64,000 nt of DNA from the human T2T-CHM13v2.0 reference genome, Homo sapiens, in NCBI RefSeq assembly GCF_009914755.1, contig NC_060931.1. One strand, 5' to 3'. The position numbers were made by a program, and so were the translations under genes. Position 1 is the first letter of the stretch. Each line of letters begins with the position of its first letter. This document shows positions 24,423-36,224 of this stretch, in pieces. Below the pieces are notes generated by a model. That model saw only the letters and a program-made list of their open reading frames with translations, ran no database searches and had not been told where the DNA came from.

Positions 24423-26734
24423 AATTTAGGTAATTCTTATACAGTTGGGCCACAATATGATATTTTCTGAGGCTTGAACTGTTTAACATGGGCTGGCTGC
24501 AGCCCCTGGTTCTGGTCCCCTCCTCCTACGGGGGCTTACCCTTGTCCTTATCTCCCTGAGCCCTGCTCTGAGGCCACCTTAATAAGGAGGATGCTTTGGC
24601 CTCTGACATGTTGTGACATCTTCGAGTCTGGTTGTCTGGATAATGAGACTCTGAATGTCTTCCTGTGCCATCCTCTGTCACCCCAAGTGAAAATTCCTGG
24701 CTTCAGACGTCTTTGTGAAACCCTATTTCCAAGTTGCTCCAGTCCCCACATGTCCTGTGAAAGGTGGTGGATTTGGGCACATGGTTTAGGGTCTATAGTT
24801 CCCTGAACCTCCTCTTGTGTCTCCTGCCCACCACCCAATGGTGATTCTAGCTGTTTCTAACCTCTAATCTAAGGAATACACCCATCTATCAACTCACAGG
24901 AGAGGAGGCAGGCACTACCCCATCCAGCTTTCTGACCTAGACATTGCTGATTTTGTCCATACATTCTCTTGCAGAGAGACATAGGGGCAAGTCCTAGTGA
25001 GCTGGCAGGATCTCTCCTGCAATGGCAGCTGGACAGCCATGCAGGCTTGACATGAGGGTGGCCACCATCATTCCTCTTCTGACAATGGGCAGGGATTCTG
25101 ACCAGTGGGCAGCACGTGTTTTACAACTGGGAAGTCTCTCCTTCTGTGGGGCAATTGTGGGACCTCTGGTGGCCCTAGAGCATGGCAGAACCCACTGGCT
25201 GAGGTATGCCAAAAGCATCACTTTCAGGGACAACTGATTCCCCATGGGCTTCCAGTCTGGGTTCATCAGGAAAACGATGGTGCTGCAGGCCCAGTGCGAG
25301 GAAGGCTGGGAGGGCCCTGCAGGTTGGCACCTTTCTGTTCACAGAAAGCCTTAGAGTACTTCCAGGCTGTCCCAGTTGTTACAAGAAGACTTTCTTCAAA
25401 ATGCAAATAAGAATCCCTTCACAGAGACCTGTATCAGCAGAGATGTTGGCCTTTCTTTCTTGAGTCATCAGCTGAAAATGTCAGACTCATAATCATGGTC
25501 GTTTGGGAGGTTAAAAAAGTAGGAGGTTAGTAATTTAGGATGTATAGTACTTATTCTATTGCAACATTCACAGTTTTTTTAAATATATGACTTTTGTTTG
25601 GAGTGAATTCAAATCATATGGTAATAATAGTCACATTCAGGATGTCCATCATCTCCCTCCTTACAGTGGCCCAGCAATTTCCAAATGCACAGTTTTTCCT
25701 TGTGACTGGCATGAGAATTGCCCTTTGGATGCTACAGTAGGCTAATAAAAAGACAAAGTGGAATATTTGGAATATTTTATTCTTCCAATTATTTCAATTT
25801 CTACTAACAGCTAAGATCTGATCAAAACAGTTTGAGGCTTGGCACAGCTGGCGGTCCCATGTGGATTCCCTGGGTCTCAAGCTGCCATCTGTCCTTTCTA
25901 TGCCTCCGGGATGAATCTTCAGGTGCAGGTGGGCTCAATGCTCTTCCTTTCCCTCTATCTCAAGCCATATTCTGAGGTGGATATTTGTTTGGTGGAGCCT
26001 CCCCGCACCCTATGTGCTGGGCTTCCTTTCCCAGGGACTTGAAGCTTCTCTCTTGCCTGAGGACTTTGAGAAAAGCTGTGGCTTGGGGAAGGATTGTGAG
26101 CTTTGATTTCAGGCCAGCCTGGGTTCACACTGTGGCTTGGACACACCCTGGTGTACAGTGATTGAACCAATTACTTAGCTCCCAAAGGCTCAGTTTCTTC
26201 ATTTCAAAAACTGGAATTTTTGGTATGAATTGAAAAGAAAGTAATATGTGTAAAGTGCCTTTCCAGGACCATTGAAGGTGCTGAATAAATAGCATAACCT
26301 ATCACTCAGGACACTAACATTGTGACTATCCACTGAAGCTTTGTCTTGGCATTCATGCTGCCTCCGGTCTTCTCTGGTCCAGGTTTGTGCTGCTGCATTC
26401 AATTAACAATTTTTTATTAAATGCCTTTTATTAAAACGCATCTCTAGGCTAGATACAGAGAATATAGAGATTTCAAGGAAACTATGGAAACACTACTGTC
26501 CTAAGGGAGTATATAGATCATTGACTTCTAGCCCAGGGCTTCCTGTCCTTGCAGCCTCAATAGTTCCCCTTTCCCAAGTCCAGGCTGCTCCCCCTCCAGA
26601 GCCACCAGGACCTTGGGGAAAGAACAACCCTCTCTATTACCTGCATGTTTTGCTCAAGGATGTATCTACTAGCCGTTCTTTGCCTTGTCTATATCTGATC
26701 TCTCTATGTTCAAGACATGTGGGTGAGGATGATA

Positions 26735-26990
26735 ATAATAACTAACATTAATGAGCCCTTATCATGGGCCAAGTACTATTGTTTGTAATGCTTATAATGA
26801 TATTACAAGCATTTTGCAGGTATAATGTCATTTTTTTCTTATAGTTACCCTTTGAGATAGGTACCATCTATAAAATAAGGAACCAGAAGTGTAGACATGT
26901 TGCCTAGCCTACGGACCTGCAGTTAATCTGCCAGGAGAGCCAGGATTTGAAAGCAAGCAGTCAGAGGCCAGAGCCGGTATCCTCAGCTCT
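26735..26990 (-). mobile_element. MIR SINE
   Basis: ATAATAACTAACATTAATGAGCCCTTATCATGGGCCAAGTACT...GAGCCAGGATTTGAAAGCAAGCAGTC. Confidence 0.7.
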
Positions 26991-28739
26991 GCTCCGTAGC
27001 CTTGCATTCCCACTTGGCACTCCTTCTCAAACAAAGACTCTCTTGCAGCAGCCCCCTCTGCTTTGTCCTCAGCAGCCTTGGTTTCTTAGTTCAGCTGTTG
27101 CTTTGGTTAACTCTTCCTTGTTGAGAAATGCCCATGGTGAGAGATGTTTGTTTTCCCCGGGCACTGACCCTTGCCTACTTTGATGGTCATGGAAAAAGGC
27201 AGGGTCATAGAATCAGTGGCCTGTTTTTGCTTGTGATTATTTTTGTATGCCACTTTTATATAGGTTGTCACCACTGTAAAGAAAAATCAAGGGGGCACAA
27301 CTTTCTTTCAACATGGGGTCAGACTGACCTTCCTTTTGCCAGTCCATATAAAGATGAACTTCCCATGTCAGATGGCAGTTAGGTAGGGGCATGTTATATA
27401 CCTTCTCAAGTTTTCATTGCAGTAATTATGGAAATGGAATAAGAGATAAAAGCCTGTAAGGTACTGAAAGCTAGGAATACAGTCTAATGATTTGCTGGAT
27501 GCCAGGAGGAATTTCTACCAACTAAAGCTTGGATGGTGCTTGAGATAGGCAAGCTGGATCAAGCAGAAAGACGTTAGGAAATTTTCACCCCATCTTAGTG
27601 AGTTATGTATTCTAGAATCTGGAGACTTCACCAATTAAATGGTGAAGCAACTGCTTTCTGTCTTGGCTAAGGTCATTTTACCCAACCAAACCCTTTCACG
27701 GGCACTTCTTTTTTTTTTTTCTTTTGATATCTGTCTGGGGAGTACAGTCTGGGTAATGCAATAGGTCGGAAATAGTCAGAATGCAGGTATGGGATACTGA
27801 CAATGATAAATAGAGGGGACAGGAAAATAGTGAAAAAAGCATGCTGTGGAAATTGCAGCATAAGCCTGCATCCTAAAAAGAAAGAAATAGACTATCAAAT
27901 CATTTGTGAATACATTGTGCTTCTCACTATAAGATGATCAGACGGGGGAGGCAGACCCGTCATCAATTCAAAGTGACCATAATATACAATTGATTTTTAA
28001 AGACTAAACATTCAAATGGGGCTCTGCAAAGGAGGCAGCCTTCCATGATTTTAGAGGAAGATTCTGACAGTGTTCATATGGTCATTGCTGGGAATCATGT
28101 GACTCCCTGCATTGTAAATATTGGCAAGCTTCAGGTATGAAGAACCTTGTGATCATTCAAGCATGAGTAAACTGGAAAAAAAAAGTCACCTATAGAGCCA
28201 ATGGAAAAGTAAAAGAAATGCATCATTAATGTTGAGATATAGAAAGAAGATGGGCTTCTGAATAAAGATTTACTTGTACTGTAGGAGAAGCTCGTCAATA
28301 AACCACCTGTATACTCATTCTGAAAAATGCTCAAAGACATGTGGCAACTGACCAATAAACAAGTTAACGTTAAACATCCAAAACTAGGGAAGTAGTCATT
28401 TTATGGAAGCCAGATAATATTAAGTCTAAATAATTGTGGTTGTAAATGTGATTAGAACATTGAACGGAAATGCTTTAAAAATGGAGGGAACATATAAATA
28501 GTGTGGCTGACCGTGTTGTAAAGATCATTATAAATATTAGAAGCCCCTATTCCAGGGAAACTAGCAAGGAGGAAAAAAGGAAAAACAGTAAAATAATGCT
28601 TATTTTTTCCACTTATTTATTAGGGGCAAATGGTCATCCTGCTTCCTTCCTGAGAGAAAATGTACACTGGAGCATTTTAAAGTTTATGTTAACTATCAGT
28701 ATAACCAGAATAATATATATCTTCAAAATTATCAGGTTT

Positions 28740-28900
28740 CAGGAAGGTTAGAAAACAGTTCCTACATAACAGAAGACTGAAAAACATCAAGGGAGCAGTT
28801 GTGAAGAATAAAACACATAGAGCATAAAGCAAGATAACAGGAGAAGTACTACACATCATTAGTACAATAAATGTAAATGGATTACGTTTAAAAGTGGGCA
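28740..28900 (+). mobile_element. Ancient L1M fragment (inter-ORF region / ORF2 start)
   Basis: CATCATTAGTACAATAAATGTAAATGGATTA resembles the conserved I-T-I-N-V-N-G-L start of ORF2. Confidence 0.45.
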
Positions 28901-30369
28901 CACGTTGACATGCATCATTATAGGATCCTATGGGATGTTTTATTATGCATCATTATAGGATGCATAATAAAAAATAAAATAAAAATTGATAAAATTTTAA
29001 ATAAAAATAAAAGTAAGAGGATAACTTGTGAATCAGAAAACTTTTCGGGGACATGCTTAGAAAATATTCAAGCTTTAAATGTAACTGTTCCATTACTACA
29101 ATATAATGAGTGTTTTCTTTTCTCACTCAATCAGTACTGTATTAAAAAAATCAAGATTGACCACGATTTTCTTTGATATGCACTATATTCTGTATCCCAC
29201 AGATGAAGAATATGAAATTCCTTGAAAGTAAGATTTCCAGCCTTCTTCATGTCTCATCAACTGAAACTCAACTTTTATTGCCCATGACCAAGAGTGAAGT
29301 GGGTTCTAGTAGTTGAATTTATCATTTTATAAGTTCTCTTTTGGGTAATGGTCTGGTGAATTGTGCAAGATCAAACCTTGGCTTTGTGACTAAAACTAAG
29401 CCCACATTAGAGCAATTATATGGTTACTTGCACCTATGATGTAATCATGTTAGACAAAAAGTTCTACGGAAGTCGAAATGTCAGTCATCATTAATATTAT
29501 TGTGATGTGAAGCAAATTGTGCAGTTAGTATTTCATATATAATACATTCTACCCTTTTTTTCTGTCTTAAGATCATCCCTTTAGGCCGAACAGATTCTTA
29601 CATCATCTGAATCTCAGAGTGCCTATTGTATGTATGTGTGAGAGTGTTTATTGCCATTGTTTATTTGAAATCAATTATTTGAATGTAATCTGTCTTATTA
29701 TTTAAAAAAAATATTAGTGGTCTAAAGTGTATCTCTATGTGCAAACATTTAACCCAATATAGCCACAAACCCAATGTTAAAATGATATAGTTCTGACGTG
29801 TTTGAGAAATTCTCTATTTCCTAGGCTTTTATTTTTTATGATTTGAGTATTAGATTTAGGATCTGTACTGGTGTCCTCAGTAGCAGCTAGCACATACTAG
29901 CATTCACCACATGTTAGATAATCACAGGTTGGAATTTATATTGAATTTGATTTCAACATATAAATCATTAGGGACACAGAAGGGATGTGGATGCAGCAAA
30001 AGACATTTATTCACCAATGATGTATTGAGTACCTACTAGGTGCTAGGTACAACCATTAATTATTTTATACTTTAGCTATAAAGAGCTATAAAGTTATAAA
30101 GAAAAGAATATGTACGGGTAGAAAGCAGAAAGTGCCCTCAGAGAAGTTCAGATAAATAACTATGAGAATTAAGAATAAGTTCAACCCTAGAAGACTTTTA
30201 GGCACCCAACCTAAATAGTTTTGGGCCCCTAATGCACATGCTCAGGGATTAGATGGGCTAAGCTGACAATTTGAAAGTCTCCAGTGCATGCCACTGTGTA
30301 GGACTGGGGAGTCAAGGATTTTGTTTTACAACTGGCTCCCTATTTCATTATTTTCTCTGTTCAGTTCAA

Positions 30370-31290
30370 AAGTCTCACAAGCATTTGGTGAGCATCCACT
30401 GAATGCCAGGCAGAGAAGGATGAAATAGGGTATAGGTATATGGAGAATAGAATGAGACACAGAGCTAACTTTAAGGAGCATAATTTACAATGCGGAACAT
30501 GCACCCACTAACAGATAATTTGAATATATTTGGTATATATAAGATACTGAGAAGAGAGGAGGAATAATTAGATAAGGCTGATTGTTTATGGATGGCCCCT
30601 GAGGGCAACCCACTTTAAATTCATTGCTAACTAGTCAAAACAGGATAGCTTGTGAAGAAATGGGGGATGGGTGTTCCAGGCAAAAGGAACAGCAAAGGCA
30701 AAGAGCCCCAACTTTCACAATGGGCATCAGTATTTGCCTACGATCCTCCAGGACACTGCCCAGCCTGGGTGGGCCTGTAAGGAAATATAGTGGGCTTGCA
30801 ATCATGGTCCATGCAGCCATGAGGAAGTGAATCTATCTATGAGGAGAGTGGCCAAGAAAGCAAAGGAAAGCCTTATTATCATCTCACATTTGCAGGACGG
30901 GTGGAGCCAAGGAAGATTCTCAGAGGCAGTCAGATGCAGGCTGTGGGCATCTTTTGTAGAGAGCAAAGTCCAACTTGGAGATGAGGGGGCCTGCAAAAAA
31001 TGCCGAAGGAAACAGAGCTCGGGAAACAGAGTTTAGAAGATTGAGAGTAGTTCAGATTATTAGAGCACAAACTAGCAAGAGATGAAGGTAAGAAAGAATT
31101 TGGCCATTAGCTTGTCCTTTATTGTGTCGATTATGGTAAATGTCGTTATTTATTGAAAGGATCTAATCAAATCTGGCCTTAGAAAGACCTCTTCTAGTGC
31201 AGTGTGGAGAACGAATTAGAGAGGTGAAGGAATGGCTGGGAGACAAGTGGGGGTCCGCTGAGCTAGGCAGGATCTGCGGGCAAGAGCTAC
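30370..31290 (-). mobile_element. LINE-2 fragments (discontinuous)
   Basis: CAAGCATTTGGTGAGCATCCACTGAATGCCAGGCA (L2 3' end), GTGTTCCAGGCAAAAGGAACAGCAAAGGCAAA, and TAGAAAGACCTCTTCTAGTGCAGTGTGGAGAA. Confidence 0.6.
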
Positions 31291-31552
31291 AGGCTCAGGC
31301 TGGGCTCAGAGTGTGCACATGTGTTTGTGTTCTTGTAACACCAAGCAAATACATGGGGTAGCCTACCTAGCTCTCTTGCTACCTGGGCCAGAATGTGGCT
31401 TACCATGAGGTAAGCCCCTGTTACATGGCAAATTAAGCATCCCCAAACTGGGGAAGTCTATAAAGTTTAGTTCTATCCTCTACATACACATTTCCAATAT
31501 AATAGTTCCAACAAGTGGTTGACCAGTTGCTACTTGAAAACATCTCTCTCCA

Positions 31553-31703
31553 GGCCGGGTGCAGTGGATTGTGCCTGTAATTCCAGCACTTTGGAAGGCC
31601 AAGGCGAGAGGACTGCTTGAACCCAGGAGTTTAAACCATCCTGGGCAGCATAGTGAGACCGCATCTCAAAAAAAAAAAAAAAAGAAAGAAAGAAAGAAAA
31701 AAG
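31553..31703 (+). mobile_element. FLAM_C-like free left Alu monomer with A/(AAAG)n tail
   Basis: GGCCGGGTGCAGTGG...GTGAGACCGCATCTC plus polyA; degenerate TSD GAAAACATCTCT/GGAAACATATCT. Confidence 0.85.
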
Positions 31704-34700
31704 GAAACATATCTATTCAGCCTTAACTCCTGGGATTTTCCTTCTTAACTCATCTTCCCCAGATGGATCAGAAGGGGACAAATCTCTTTGTTCTACCCTG
31801 GGCTTTCACACAGGCTCTCTCCTGTCCCTCTAGCCTCCAGGTCTGGATAATCAATCACCTCTTCAGAAAAGCTGCAGCTGACTCCCTTTACTAAGCATGT
31901 TCCCATCCCCCTTTATCCTCTATTCCCATGTCATGTTCCTTCAATCATGTCACTTGCCATAGTTAAAAAACATGATTTTTATGCACTTACCCTCTTCCTA
32001 CTCAAACTGGGAGCTATGCAAGGACAGGTCATAGGTCTGTTTTATGTATTAGTGAGTGAATAGCCAACATTTTTCAGAGAACCTCCTTGTTTAGAAGTCC
32101 TTAAATATGAACTTAAATGTTCTTTCCTTGAGGGTCTAGACCTGCTTGTTTATATCCATTTGAAAACAGCTCTTGAGCCCTGCAAATGAGTCTTTAGTTC
32201 CTGGCCACCGAGGAAAGCCTGTGGGACAGTGTAAACTCTCTGTGGTCCTCGTACCTTGAGATGGGTAAGCAGTGACTGGAAATGACATTGGACTCTGGGA
32301 ACAGGTCTTGCTAATTTAGATCAAATTTTCACCCCTTAGTAATGGAAGTCTTTATTCTTTAAAGGATGCTAAACTTCGTAAGAAGATTCTAGTCTATTAC
32401 TTCCAAATTCTCCTTCTGAGGATGCATCCAAAGTAGAATCGCTAGAATAATGAGGATGAATACTCTAATGTTTCATTACAGCTCAATAAAACTATAAATA
32501 AAGTTGTCAGTCATTTATAATTACCTCTTGATCTGCTCCTTCTGGAGAGGAAGGAGTGAACCAACTATGCTTGCTTCGGAGGTGAATTAACCCCTTCTGG
32601 CTCCTTATTGCGATAGAGCTGTAATTTTCCAAGTGCAATGCTGGCAGCAAAACAGTTCAATTATAATCCAAATGTGGCAATTTACTTACTGGTAGGATTC
32701 GTGTTCTTAGTTCATATTTAGGAGGAGTCAAACATCAAATGGAAGCTCTCTGTGCTAACCACCGGGTGGCCAACATTATTGGAGCATAGTTGAAACTTGT
32801 TTAGGGTTCGACATCTCTTATAAGTGAGGGCCCATCCTTTAGGACAAAACAGCCCAGCCGGGAACAGCCTCACACTCTTTGCCTGCTAATGGTCTGGAAC
32901 CTGCAGTTAAGAGGCCCATGGTGCAGATGTGGTCGTTGTGCTTCTTCAGTCTAAACCTATCGGGCCTTGGAGAGCGTGGTGAAGCGCTATGAGAATATGG
33001 CTCAGTGCATCTGCGGTCAGGACCAGGCCTGTGTCTCTCTGGAGGCCGGCACACATGTGTCCTGGGAGAGCAGTGCTGTGGATTCTGCAGGGTGGGAGGA
33101 AGGCTGGGGGCACAGGCCATTTGCCAAAAGATGAGACACATCAGAAAACTGCCTTCAAATACAGCAAGATTTTGGGCTGGGGACCCATAGGTCATCAATC
33201 TAGCATTTTCTGTCAACATACTGTGGCACAGCCTCTAATTGGGGAAAAAGTATGCTCAACACATGGTGCATGGCCACCTGGGAAAGAGACAGTTGTCATG
33301 GAGCCTGCAGCCCATCAGGGCAGAACACTCAGCTTCCCTGAAAAGTGACCTTTAACATTGCTGGGGAAAACGTTGTATAGTTATCTCCCATTTTCTTTTA
33401 ATTCTTCTTAAGTGGGCAGGAAAGCCAGATCACAAGTGCAGCGATAGAAAGCAAGACCACCACAGTGGCTAAGGTGTTGCAGGGAGGTAGATGGGGGTGA
33501 CTTTTGGCCAGGCGTGGAATCCCCTGGCTCTAGGGGGCTAATCAGGTCCCTCTTTTGCAGCAGGGGTTGCTATTCACTTCTTTCTAAAAGGCCAGACTTT
33601 TAAGTCTGAGGAATATGAGTTGAAGAAGCAGGCTCTGGGGGTGGGAGGTCACAGTCTTGGTTAGCGACCCTGAGGCTACTGTCTCACGATGTTGCCATGT
33701 CTGTCCTGACCACACCACGAGACCCTCTGTGTCCTCTCCAATGTCGTGGCTTCCCCCAGCATCTTGTTATCCTGAGTGCCTTGTACTTTCTTATTCCTTT
33801 TTCTTTCTTTATTTCTTTCTTTCTTTTTAAGACTGCATAGGGAAGTTCGAAAGGGAAAAGGACTTAGAAATCACACTTGGAATACCATGCAGATATTTGA
33901 GGAAGTGCTAGTCTCTCCTTTCTTCAAGACAGCCCTCCTTTCAGGGCGCCTCACCTCATAACACCCTTGCCCTGGCTGAGGATCTATTTTAGCTCCATAT
34001 TTACACAGCAAGTGCAACTCGGCAAGAACCATGCTCGCCCTCCGCTGCATGCCGTGCAGTGGCGTTTTGGAGGGCTGGGGAGGACGTGAAGGCTGTGCTC
34101 CTCCTTGTGCAGCAGCAACTCAGGCAGAGCCACATACCCAGGCACTGACAAGAGACTAATTCTCCTCTCCCTTGAGGGAAACGAGTTCAAATGAGACTGA
34201 AGCATGATGGATAGGAGGAGTCCAAACCCACAACATGCTTCTTCGGACTTTTTCGGACTTTTCTTTCTCTGGAGAATGAAAACAAGGCAGGGAACAATGC
34301 CCTCTCTCAGCGATGGACATTGGCTTTGATCACATTCCCTCAGGTGGTAGCCTCCTAGGAAAAAAATACATGGCGAAATGAGGAACATGAAATGCAAATG
34401 CTATTATTTTTTAGCTATTTCATTCTCACTGGACAAAGCACAAAAGTCAGAGCAAATTCTTTTTGAAAGTAAATCTAGGGAAGTGAGCCTCTTCCTGGGA
34501 GTTTCCAAGTGCCAATAGGAGGCAGAGACATCTAATTGCCCTCCACCTCTTCCTCAATGACAGAATTCCACCTGTATTCTAAAGTCCACATACCCAGGTA
34601 AAAAGCTATAGCTCCCAGCTCCACTTGCAGCTAGGTATGACCACATGACTATGTCCTGGCCAATGAGATGGAAGATGTGAGGTTAATTTTAGATGTCAAC

Positions 34701-34742
34701 TTGACTGGATTAAGGGAAACCTAGACAGCTGATACAGCGTTA

Positions 34743-35697
34743 CAGAATAAGTCCCCTTTATTCATGGGGGATACCTTCCAAGACCCCCCAGTGAACTCTT
34801 GAAACCATGGATAGTACTAAACTCTGTATACACTATATTTTTTCCTATATATACATGTTTATGATAAGATTTAATTTATAAATTAGTTACAGTAAGATAA
34901 TTACAATAACTAATAACAAAATAGAACAGCCATAAGAATGTACTCTAATAAAAGTTATGTGAATGTGATTCCCTTGCTCTCAAAGAAACTTATAGTACTG
35001 TTCACATCCTTCTTCTTGTGATGATATGAGATTACAAAATGCCTATGTGATGAGATAGAGTGAAATGAGTGATGTAAACATTGTGATATAAGTGGATAAT
35101 TCCAGAAATAAAATATTTATACATCTTTTTATTTATTTATTTTTTTGAGAGGGTGTCTCGCTCTGTCACCCAGGTTGGAGTGCAGTGGCACAATCTCAGC
35201 TCATTGCAAGCTCTGACTTCCGGGTTCATGCCATTCTCCTGCTTCAGCCTCCTGAGTAGCTGGGACTACAGGCACCCACCACCACGCCTGGCTAATTTTT
35301 TGTATTTTTAGTAGAGACGGGGTTTCACCGTGGTGTCGATCTCCTGACCTCGTGATCCGCCCACCTCGGTCTCCCAAAGTGCTGGGATTACAGGCGTGAG
35401 CCACCATGCCTGGCCAAAATATTTATACATCTTAAATGGTGTGATGTTCTGAGTAGTGTGAGGAAATCTCATGCAGTCTTGCTCTGTCCCACCTGGATGG
35501 CCATTAGCCACTTAGTAGCCTTCTCAGTTATCAGATCAACTGTTGCAATATTGCAGTGCTTGTGTTCAAGTAATCCTTATTTTGCTTAATAATGACCCCA
35601 AAGCGGTTAGAGCAGTCATGTAATATTTTCAGACTGTAGTTGACTGTGGGTAACTGAAACAGAAGAAAGTGAAACTGTGAGTATGGGGGACCTACTA
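34743..35697. mobile_element. MER44 (Tigger7-derived TcMar MITE), split by an Alu
   Basis: Termini CAG..AGTCCCCTTTATTC and GTATGGGGGACCTACTA; TA duplication on both sides; removing it restores the MLT2 ...TTA|TTTCTGG. Confidence 0.85.
35128..35415 (-). mobile_element. AluY-lineage element with a 12-bp left-arm deletion (AluYd-like)
   Basis: Y-diagnostic GCAAGCTC...GGGTTCATGCCATTCTCC; CACCGTG|GTGTCGATCTC lacks TTAGCCAGGATG; perfect 18-bp TSD AAAATATTTATACATCTT (35110-35127, 35416-35433). Confidence 0.9.
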
Positions 35698-36119
35698 TAT
35701 TTCTGGATATGTCTATGAAGGTGTTTTGGGAAGAGATTGGCATTTGAATCAGTGGACTGACTGTGGAAGATCCATCCTCCCCCAATGTGGGTGGGTACCA
35801 CCTAATCGGCTGAGGATCCAGATAGAAGAAAAAGACAGAAGGAAGGTGAATTCTCTCCCTTCTGGAACTGGGATACCCATCTTCTCTCATTCTTGGACAT
35901 CAGAACTTCAGGTTCTTTGGCTTTGAGATTTGCACCAAATGCCCCTCAGTTTCTCAGGTCTTGTGCCTCAGACTGAGAGTTACCCCATCACCTTCCCTAG
36001 TTGCCAGGCCTTTGGACTTGGACTGAGCCATGGTGCTGGCTTCCCTGGTTCTCCAGCTTGCAGATGGCCCATAGTGGGACTTCTCAATCATGTGAGCCAA
36101 TTCCCATAGTAAATCTCCT

Positions 36120-36181
36120 TATCTATCAATCGATTGATCAATCTATCATCTATCTATTTATCTATCATGTATCGATCTATC

Positions 36182-36224
<43 letters not shown>
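36120..36224 (+). repeat. (ATCT)n/(GATA)n tetranucleotide microsatellite
   Basis: About 10 perfect ATCT units at 36182-36224, preceded by degenerate units. Confidence 0.95.

Noticed and set aside
25158-25180. CTCF site (minus strand GCCACCAGAGGTCCC), and similar partial matches near 57945 and 58375
   Set aside because: Each mismatches high-information positions of the CCASYAGRKGGC core; not supportable without ChIP data.
32930-33140. Possible exon after the acceptor-like TTCTTCAG
   Set aside because: All three frames hit stops (two within about 45 nt; the longest open one begins after a TAA), and I saw no convincing donor or homology.
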